This document shows, piece after piece, positions 35,653-45,000 of a stretch of 60,000 nucleotides of DNA. Origin of the DNA: Felis catus (taxonomy: Eukaryota); the NCBI RefSeq assembly GCF_018350175.1, contig NC_058369.1, positions 13,332,001-13,392,000 of the forward strand, read 5' to 3'. The notes under the pieces were generated by a model that was given only the letters and a program-made list of their open reading frames with translations, was not told the origin of the DNA and did no database searches. Made by a program: the position numbers and the translations under genes. Positions within the stretch are counted from its first letter, which is position 1. Each line of letters begins with the position of its first letter.

Positions 35653-36406
35653 TACATGTTTTCTGCTGAGGCTGCTCCAGCTGCTTGGGTTCCGTCCCAT
35701 GTCACAGCCACGGGAGAAACAGAAAACAAACAGGTCAACAAATGGACAACGCAAGCTGATTCTCTGACTGAAATAAAGGAGTCTTGAAAGGCAGTGGGAA
35801 CCCACCAGGCTCTAGAGCAAGGTCCTGGCAGTGTGACTGGGGTTGCCTTTCAGAGAAGGGTTCTGTGGTCCACTCGTCCTGCCCGGACGGTCCCCTAGAT
35901 CCAAACCCTGCCTCTTTCCCCACAGCCAGGTCCAGGGTAACCACCCTCAGACCCCCTAGTACTCCCCATTTTTACAGATGAGGACACGGAGCCCCAGGAA
36001 ATGCAGAAACTCTCAAGTGTAGGTGCCTGGGACAAATTGGCCCCCCGAACGAATTGCTGAATAAAATAAAAAAGCAAGGTGCGTGTGCAGGGGGTGGGTG
36101 AGAGTGGAGCATTTCAGGAGGGGCCGGCGAGGAATTTGAGCTGCTGGGGGGGGGGGGCCGGGGGGCGCTTACATTTTGAGTAAATTCACTTCCTGGTGTC
36201 TCTGAGCCTCGGTTTCCCCAGCTGAACGGGGTGGGGTGGTTCGTTTCTCTGCCACTTTCTCCGGCCTCCCCTCTCCCCAGCTTCGCAGGTGGGACGCAGA
36301 GAGTGTGGATTAGAAGAGCGCCTTCCCAGCGCAAAGCGACAGCACAATTTGGGAGGATTCTTCTGGGCTTGGCCGGCTGCGGACAGCGATTGGACCGCAG
36401 GCTCTG

Positions 36407-36420
36407 GCGCCCCCTGGTGG
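36407..36420 (-). promoter_or_regulatory. CTCF motif (reverse)
   Basis: Minus strand reads TGCCACCAGGGGGCGCCA, essentially the consensus. Confidence 0.7.
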
Positions 36421-36669
36421 CAGGGCAACTCCCGCCTGACGCCGTCGGACCACGTGTGAGGTGGAGGCCGCCATATTTCATCCGGGCAACGGCCATCTTG
36501 GTAAAGGCGACATTCTAGATTGTCGTTTTTAGCCGCCCCTCCTAGTTTGCCAATATCTGAAGCGAGAAGAGGGGGTGGGGGGCCTCATAAAATAGCCTCT
36601 TCGCGGAGAGGAAAAGAAGTGGCTGATAACCTTGGCTCGGGTGGGAGTCCAGGGAGCGTTTCCCTTACC

Positions 36670-36779
36670 AAGATGGCGACAACGCTGACACGTCATCAGC
36701 CCGCGCCTCCGGGAGCTCGGCGCGCAAGCCCTGCGGTGACGTCATGGATTCGCGACCGGGCCGGCGCTGGGGGAAGGAG
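36670..36779 (+). other. CCDC124: Probable CCDC124 first exon (5' end uncertain)
   Basis: Donor GAG|GTAGGA at 36779/36780 inside the island; the next acceptor (ccgcag|41893) lies 13 nt before the ATG. Confidence 0.6.
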
Positions 36780-37694
36780 GTAGGAGCGGCCGCGGCGCGG
36801 GCGGAGCCGGGGGGCGGGGTGCGGGTGGGCCCGGCGGGGTGGCTAGGCCTGAGACCGTCTCCCTGGGGGGGCTGGAGGTGGGGTGGTCGGAGACCCGGGC
36901 ACTTTCAGCGTCCAGGCAAGACGGCTCTCGCGGGGGCTGTGCCCATTTCCCGGAGCGGGCGACCGAGACCCGGGGAGAAGTGCGTCCTTTTGGAGGCCAG
37001 CCAGCTCCAGCCCTGCCAGGCTTGGGGGTGACAGAGCTGGGTACGGACGCCCCCCCAGTGTCTTGCAGTGGGGTCAGGACTGGGGAGAGGCACGACGGGC
37101 AAGGGGGAGCCCGGAAGGGGTAGCGGGAGGGCTTCTTGGAAGAGGCGGTGTTGAGCTTTATCTTCTATTCTCTCTTTACTTTTGCATCCAATCAACCACG
37201 TGGGTCTGGATTCCGTCCTAAACGTACCCCCTTGTCCATCCGGAGCCACTCCCCGGATCCCTGCCCGAGTTCCTTGCTTATCGCACCCCTACACTTCGCC
37301 TCTGATCCACAGATCAGCGCCTCCCGGTTCTAACACCTTCCGCATGTTTCCATCACCCTGAAATACAGATCCCCGCTTCGCAGCCTGCCTCCCCCACCCT
37401 CCTGGGGGCTCAGGAGCCCCTGACCCCTTCAGGCCTTTTCTTAGATGTCTCCTTCAGGAAGCCCTTTAACCCCAGCCTGGGTCAGAAACCCCCCTCGAGG
37501 CTTCCCCAGCGCCCTGCATGTCCCCATCACAGTTCTTACGGCAAGTTGTCACTCCTACTGCCTAAGCCCTAGCCAGCCTGGCGGTCAGATGGGTGCTGCT
37601 TCGCTACCCAGTGTCCCACGGGTACTAGGTGCTCGGTGCGTGTTTACTGAACGACAGTGTGAGTAAGTGTTTACCACAACAGAAGAGAAGTTGT

Positions 37695-38030
37695 CTGTGT
37701 AAAGCTCGGGCTGCCATTAAAAAAATACCACAGACTGGGCGGCCTAAGCAACAGGAATTTCTGTGCTCACGGTTCTGGAAGGGAGGAAATGCAAGATCCA
37801 AGTGCCCCCCAGTTTGGTTCCTGACGCAGGCACCCTTCCTGACTTGCAAATGGCCACCTTCTCAACCGTGTCCTCACGTGGGTGCGGAGAGCAGGCCCTG
37901 GTGTCTTTTGCAATGTTAGGGGCACCAGCCCCATTAGATTAGGGCCCCACCCTTATGACTTCGCTTAATCGCTGTCGCTCCCTCACTGGCTCTGTCTCCA
38001 AAGACAGTCGTCTTGAGGGTTAGGGCTTGT
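37695..38030 (-). mobile_element. MaLR LTR (MLT1A-like)
   Basis: gggctgccattaaaaaaataccacagactggg...gattagggccccacccttatgac. Confidence 0.7.
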
Positions 38031-38275
38031 TGAGCCCCTGCTGTACTGGGCAATGGGGACCCAGGAGGGACCAAGGCAGTCCCTGCCTTCACAGAACTCC
38101 CAGGCTGGTGGGAAACATGGACATTTGTCAAATAATCATATACGTGAACATAAAATAGCAACCCGGACGAGGGCCTCAAAGAGAAGCTTGCGGTCTGAGA
38201 GAGGGTGTCTCAGGGAAGGCTTCATGGAGGCAGACACACCTGAGGTAGGCCCTGAAATTTAAATAGGAGTTAACT

Positions 38276-38686
38276 GGGGCGCCTGGGTGGCTCGGTCGGC
38301 GAAGCGTCCGACTTCGGCTCAGGGCGTGATCTCACGGGTCCTGAGTTCAAACCCCACGTCCGGCCCTGTGCTGACAGCTCGGAACCTGGAGCCTGCTTTG
38401 GATTGTGTGTCTCCCTCTCTCTCTCTGCCTCTCTCTCTGCCTCTCTCTCTCTCTCTCTCTCTCTCAAAAATAAATAAACATTAAAAAAATGAAATAAATA
38501 AATAGTCAATTGGGTAAAAAGAGGCGTGAAGAGCAGCCAGGTGGAGGATGCAGCAAGTGCAAAGGCCCTGAGGTGGGAACCTGCAGTATGTTTGGGAAAT
38601 GGCAGGGAGGCTGGTGTGGCTGCCACCAGTGAGTGAGGGGAAGATGGAGGGAGAGTAGGGTGGCAGGTTTTCTCTCTTTAAAGTTT

Positions 38687-38724
<38 letters not shown>

Positions 38725-38875
38725 CACAAGTGGGAGAGGGGCAGAGAGAGGGAGAGAATCCCAAGCAGGCTTCACACTGTGTGGATCCCCACGTGGGGCT
38801 CGACCCAGGAGATCATGACCTGGGCCAAAACCAAGAATGAGAAGCTCGACCCAACCGAGCCACCCGGGCGCCCCG
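38276..38875. mobile_element. Two Can-SINEs (about 38276-38500 +, about 38675-38875 -) in an L2-like remnant
   Basis: SINE consensus segments; gtgcaaaggccctgaggtggga between them. Confidence 0.8.
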
Positions 38876-40897
38876 GGTGGGGAGTTTTCTAATCTGTAAC
38901 TTGGACAGTGACTCCCAATTCTTGGCACTCCCCTGGAGAATCCAGGGTGGGGGGGGTTCTATTGAGTATACTGTGGACACTCAGTAATGAATGCTGACTT
39001 AGGTGGTCAGGGAGCAGCTGGGAGGCCCGCGGGACCAGGCCAGCACATCCCCCCTGTGGCAGCTCTTAAATCCAGGGGGTCGGGAGAGGGACTGGGATCC
39101 ATGCTGTGTCTCAGCTCAAGGGGAGCACTTCAGCTGTGACCGCAGCTCTGAGTCTCCTGGGTCCACTGATCGCCCCTACTTTGCCCTGCTCTGCCCCATG
39201 GGGCCCTCTCCTCAGCCTCAGCCTGGACCACCTGGCCAGGAGGCCACCCCTTGATGTTACGTGGGGCGGGGGGGGGGGGGGCAGTGGCCTCAGAATCCTG
39301 ATCCGCGGGGAACATCAACGGGGCCTGTCGGGACCCCGGGGTGGGCCAGCGGTTAGGAGCACAGAGTTGGGATTGGGGGTCTGGCCCTGGGTTGGAATCG
39401 GGCCTCCTCCACTAACCTGCTGTGTGGCCCTGAGCATACTACTTACTCCTGCAAAGGCTTAGGTTCCTTCGTCTGTAAAATGGGGCTGAAAGTAGCCTCT
39501 GCTGCTGCTGCCGGGGGATGAAGTGGTTTAGCGTGTCCCTGGTGCCGGGCATCGGTCCGAGTTGACATCGTTATTATGCCCGGCTCCATCCGCCCCCACA
39601 CCTCCCGTTCTGCCCATCGCATCATTGTCGTCCCCTGGCCTATCCGCACAGCAGCCACAGTGGGCTTGGGAGCAGCCTGAATCAAAATGTGTCCGTGCCC
39701 TGCTCCGGGCTGCTTAACGGCTCCCTGGTGCCCAGAGAATAAAATCCTTGCTCTTCCTTGGCCCATAATACCCCACTCTGACAGCCCCGTGCCCTCCCAC
39801 CCTCTTTTCCTCCCCCTCCCCAGCGCTCAGTGGCCTCATCAGTGCCGCAGGGTCTTTGCATATCCTGTGCCCTCTGCCCAGAAGGCTCACCCCTTCACCC
39901 TCACGGACTGCCTCTGACCCGTCCCTCGGGGCTCAGCTCTGCCGTCACATACCAGGGTTGTGAGAATCCACTCAGACGCTGCGTACAAAACACGAAGCCC
40001 AGTGCACGGAGCTGCTGCAGATAGGAGCTGATGTTAGAGTTTCCTGAGGGCTCCAAGGTGGAAGCTCCTTGCCCCACAAGTCACACAGCTAGGAGGCTGG
40101 AATGGGGTGGCCTGGTGGTCCTGGATCAAAGTGGCCCCCACGTTCTCTCCCCTTCATCTGCGGATGCTGGGCCTATTTCCCTAAGGGGACTGAGCTGGAG
40201 ATACTCAGGGGAGACAGACAACCCAGGAGTCAGGAACATCAGCCCATTTCCCAGATGACGAAAACTGAGGCCTGGAGGACTGAAGGCACATGCCCTGGGC
40301 CGCACAGCCTTCCCTTTCTCACCTGGAAGGCGGGCTTTGGAGGTGAGACTCTAGGTTCAGAGCTATGTGACCTGGCCAGGTACCTTGACTTCCCCATCTC
40401 AGAATTGGTCACAGGGGCAGTGCCCACATTTAAAGCTTTGGAGGCATTCATGAAATTTTTTTTTTTTTTTTTTTTGAGTAAGCTCTGTGCTGTGGGACTT
40501 GAACTCATGACCCTGAGATCAAGAGTCCCACGCTCTACCGACCGAGCCACGTAGGCACCCCGCTTTGGAGGCATTCAGTTGAGTTGGTCCATATGAAGGG
40601 GTTAGTGGAGGGAGGGTGGTGCCTGCCGTTTGTGTATATCATTTCCCCAGCACCCGGCGTGGGACTTGCACCGACCATGTGTCTGCTGGACACCAGCTTT
40701 CCACTTCTACATCTCCTGGCTGTGCAAGCCTGGGCTGGGTCACTGGCAGCAGTTCGCGGCAGCCGAGTACCCAGCGAGGAGGATTTGGCCTCAGGGTTCT
40801 GGGGACTGAGGTGTCATAAGTGGCAGAATAGGAGGGGCCACACACAGACTGGCCCGCAGGGGTCCACCGAAGCATGACTCCAAAAGCCAAAATGTGG

Positions 40898-41750
40898 AGG
40901 GGCGCCTGGGTGGCCCAGTCAGTGAAACATCCAACTTAGGCTCAGGTCGCGATCTCACAGTTTGTGTGTTCGAGCCTCACGTCGGGCTCCGCGCTGACAG
41001 GGTCTCTGTCTCTCTCTGTCTCTGTCTCTGTCTCTCTCCGCCCCCCCCCCGCCCCTCTCCCACTCGTGTTTTCTCTCAAAATAAATAAATAAATAAACTT
41101 AAAAAATGAAAGCCAAAAAGCGGAAACAACCCGGGTGAACGTTAGTGGTGAACGGATAAACAAAATGTGGTCAATCTGTACAATGGAATATTACTCGGCC
41201 ATAAAAAAAGAACGAAGCAGTGACATGCTAAAAAGCATAGAGGAACCTTGAAAACATCACACCGAGTGAAAGAAGCCAGACCACAAAAGGCCACAGAATG
41301 CACCGTTCTGTTTATACGAAACGTCCAGAAGAGGCAAATCCGTAGAGACAGAAGGCAGATGGGTGGTTGTCAGGGGCTAGGGGGAGGGGGGAGGGTGCGT
41401 GACTGTTTGTTAGTGGGTGCGGGGTTTCCTTTTGGGGTGCCGGGAATGTTCCAGAACTATAGATTGCACGACATTGCGAATGTATTAAATGCCACCAAAT
41501 TGGGCACTTGAAAATGGTTCATTTTTTGTTGTGTGAATTTCACCTCAATCCATTTTTTTTTTTAATTTTTTTTTCGACGTTTTATTTTATTTTTGGGACA
41601 GAGAGAGACAGAGCATGAACGGGGGAGGGGCAGAGAGAGAGGGAGACACAGAATCGGAAACAGGCTCTGGGCCATCAGCCCAGAGTCCGACGCGGGGCTC
41701 GAACTCACGGACCGCGAGATCGCGACCTCCATTTTTTTTTTTTTTTTTTT
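40898..41750. mobile_element. Can-SINE (+), L1 3'-end fragment (about 41110-41548, +) and a truncated Can-SINE (about 41551-41729, -)
   Basis: tacaatggaatattactcggccataaaaaaagaacgaag, ttgtgtgaatttcacctcaat; SINE flanked by CCATTTTTTTT duplication. Confidence 0.8.
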
Positions 41751-41905
41751 AAAGGGAGATCACGAAGTCTGAGGCCCTCATTTTACAGACAAGGCCCTTG
41801 AGGCTCCAAGGGGCTCTTGACCGCAAGTGTGGGCGCGGGGGCGCCGAAGGCCGCCTGCCCCCTGCTCACTGGTCCCTGCCCTCCTCCCGCAGCCTGCCGA
41901 GGGAT

Positions 41906-42064
41906 ATGCCCAAGAAGTTCCAGGGTGAGAACACCAAGTCGGCAGCGGCCCGGGCGCGGAGGGCTGAGGCCAAGGCGGCAGCTGATGCCAGGAAGCAGAA
42001 GGAGCTGGAGGATGCCTACTGGAAGGATGAGGACAAACACGTCATGAGGAAGGAACAGCGCAAG
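41906..42064 (+). CDS. CCDC124: CCDC124 first coding exon part (159 nt)
   Basis: ATG at 41906; ends AAG|GTGGGT. Confidence 0.95.
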
Positions 42065-45000
42065 GTGGGTGGTTCCCAGGCTCCCGCAGCTGCGGGTAAG
42101 GTGGGCAGTCAACATGGAAACGAGGTAGAAGGTGGCAGGAGGCCCCTGGGGCTTTGGCTAGAAAGTGAGAAGGTCCTGGACGTAGACCAAGGACGAGGAG
42201 GGCGGTGGAGGCAAAGGGCGGGGGGGGGGGGGGTCGTTAGGCAAGGCAGCCACCACCCTCTGCGGGCTCCTCTCTCTCCTCCGTGTAATGTCCGGGCTGG
42301 GTCAGACTGGCGCTTCTCAGCCTCGAGCAGTTCTGCACCCAGCGGGCACTTGGCAACATCCGGAGACATTTTGGGGTGTCACAGCCGGTGGGTGGAAGGG
42401 GCCACTGGCATCTGGCGGGCGGGGGCCGGGATCGCTGCTCAACACCCTTCAGGGTCCCGGGACAGTCCCGCCGTGAAAAGAACGAGACAGCCCCAGACGT
42501 CCGCAGCGACAAGGCTGGGAGCTGCTGTACTGGGTCCCCCGCATCCACCCTGCTGACCCCAGGGCTCGCAGGCTCTTCTAGGTGTGTGCAAAAACACAGA
42601 AGAGTGCAGGGATGGCCATCTGTCCCCTAGTGGGTCCCAGTGTCAGGCACCCAGTGGGTAACTGAATTGGTGTCTGGGAAGTGGATCACGGGTGACGCTG
42701 ACTGGCTCTGTCCAGTAGGTGGCGCCAGAGACCCATTGTCGCTGTCTCTGCGTGTTCTCGCCCCCCCCACCCCCGGGGGGCGGGGGGGGGGCTGATCAGA
42801 GGTTCCTGACCAGACTGGTAACAACTGCAGAAAATAGCACTGGTGACATACCTTCCCTGCTTGCCCGGTTGCGGGCATGCCTGGGTGCTTTTGTGAGTTT
42901 TCCCATCACCTTGCTGTGCAGGACTGGATCCTGCCTTTTTTTTTTTTTTTTTCAACATTTATTTATTTTTGGGACAGAGAGAGACAGAGCATGAACGGGG
43001 GAGGGGCAGAGAGAGAGGGAGACACAGAATCGGAAGCAGGCTCCGGGCTCCGAGCCATCAGCCCAGAGCCTGACGCGGGGCTCGAACTCCCAGACCGCGA
43101 GATCGTGACCTGGCTGAAGTCGGACGCTTAACCGACTGCGCCACCCAGGCGCCCCGATCCTGCCTTATTTTTAGTTGGACATGGCACGTCATTGGTTCCC
43201 TCCCCACACCCTGTGCTGCATTGGGTCCATGGAGGTCTTTCAAGTTTCTTTTTGACTGTCAATATTTTGATAATATAGGATTACGCAGAGAGAAAAAGCC
43301 AGAGACCATTTTTTTTTCTTTTCTTTTTTTTTTTTAAAGTAGGCTCCATGCCCAGCACGGGGCTTGAACTCGCGACCCTGAGATCAAGACCTGACCTGAG
43401 CTCAGGAGTCAATGTCTAACTGCCTGAGCTAACCAGGTGCCCCACAGAGACCTGAAGCAGAGGTAGCAGCCCAGGCCCCAGGCCCCAAGAGCCCTCCCTG
43501 GGCTAGTGTCTTGGGCTCTGGGGTCCCTGGTTGAGAAAAGTGCGGCACGGATAAGGCAGGAAGCCCAGGTCGCAGGGCTGTGGGGAAGGGCTGGGACTAG
43601 CCGAGGCCATGGGTCTACCTTTTGGTCTGTTACAAGGGTTGGCTTAAAGGACAGGCCCTGTCCTGGGTGTGTGGCTTAGGGAGCTGTCTGTCTGCCCGCC
43701 TGTGTAGCATGCGCCTACAAGAACATGCAGAGCAGAGGTCGGATAGGCTGGAGGGGCCAGATGAGCTCTCACAGCTTTTTGACCCTGTCCTTCTGACACA
43801 GAGCCACCATATGCAAATGGACTAAAACCTTTACCAAAACAGGTGGAGGACTGTAGTTTGCCAACCCCTGCCGTCTGGAATATTCTCAGCCTCCAGGCCC
43901 TTCCCAGGCAGTCCACCCTCCTGTTTTGCATGGAGTTGCCAACATTGGGTGGTTTTCTGCGGTTTGTCTAGCCCTCTTCCTGCTGATGGGCATGTGGTGC
44001 CCACAGTTTACGTGGCCCACCTAGTCCTTCTTTTCTTCCCTATACAACAGCTGCTTTAAAAACATTGTTTCTGTGGGGGCCCCTGGGTGGCTCAGTCGGT
44101 TAAGCGTCCCACTCTTGGTTTCGGCTCAGGTCATGATCTCACAGTTCGTGAGCTCGAGTCCCGCATCGGGCTCTATGCTGACAGCACGGAGCCTGCTTAG
44201 GATTTCATATATACGTGAAAAAAACGTTTCTATGAAAAAAGCAAATCTGGGCGCCTGGCTGGCTCCATTGGTGGAGCATGCGACCCTTGATCTCAGGGTT
44301 GTAAGTTCGAGCCCCACGTTGCGTGTAGAGATTACTTAAAATAAAATAAAATCTTTTATTTTTATTTATTTAAAAAGATTTTTTTTTTAATGTTTATTTT
44401 TGAGAGAGAGAGAGACAGAGCGTGAGCAGGGGAGGGGCAGAGAGAGAGGGAGACACAGAATGGGAAGCAGGCTCCAGAGCCCGACGTGGGGCTCGAACCC
44501 ACGAACCGTGAGATCATGACCTGAGTCAAAGTCGGACATTCAACTGCCTGAGCCACCTAGGCGCCCCCTAAAATCTTTTAAAAAAGAAAGGAAGAGGGGC
44601 GCCTGGGTGGCTCAGTCCGTTGAGCGTCCGACTTTGGCTCAGGTCATGATCTCGTGGTCCGTGAGTTCGAGCCCCGCGTCGGGCTCTGGGCTGACAGCTC
44701 GGAGCCTGGAGCCTGCTTCAGATTCTGTGTCTCCCTCTCTCTCTGACCCTCCCCCATTCATGCTCTGTCTCTCCCTGTCTCAAAAATAAATAAAAAAAAG
44801 TTAAAAAAAAAATAAAAAAAGGAAGAAAAAAGCGAATTCATGCTCACTCCAAAACACTAAAAAACCCACGTCCTCCCTCACGTGACACCAGACTTTTCTC
44901 ACCCAGTGTCCTACCCTAAAGCCCGTGTCTTCAGTTCAGTAGGGCCCCACAGCCATATTTCTCCTGGGTACCAGGCAGCGGTCGCGGATGGGGCCGTAAT

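Larger units (their letters stand above)
36280..37060. promoter_or_regulatory. CCDC124: CCDC124 CpG-island promoter
   Basis: CpG-dense; E-box CACGTG at 36451, YY1-type motifs GCCGCCATATT at 36467, GGCCATCTTG at 36491 and CAAGATGGCG at 36669, CRE TGACGTCA at 36737-36744. Confidence 0.8.

Noticed and set aside
41798..42556. 252-aa ORF as a single-exon CCDC124 form
   Set aside because: Begins at an intronic non-ATG codon and reads through a clear donor at 42065 into MER20-like sequence
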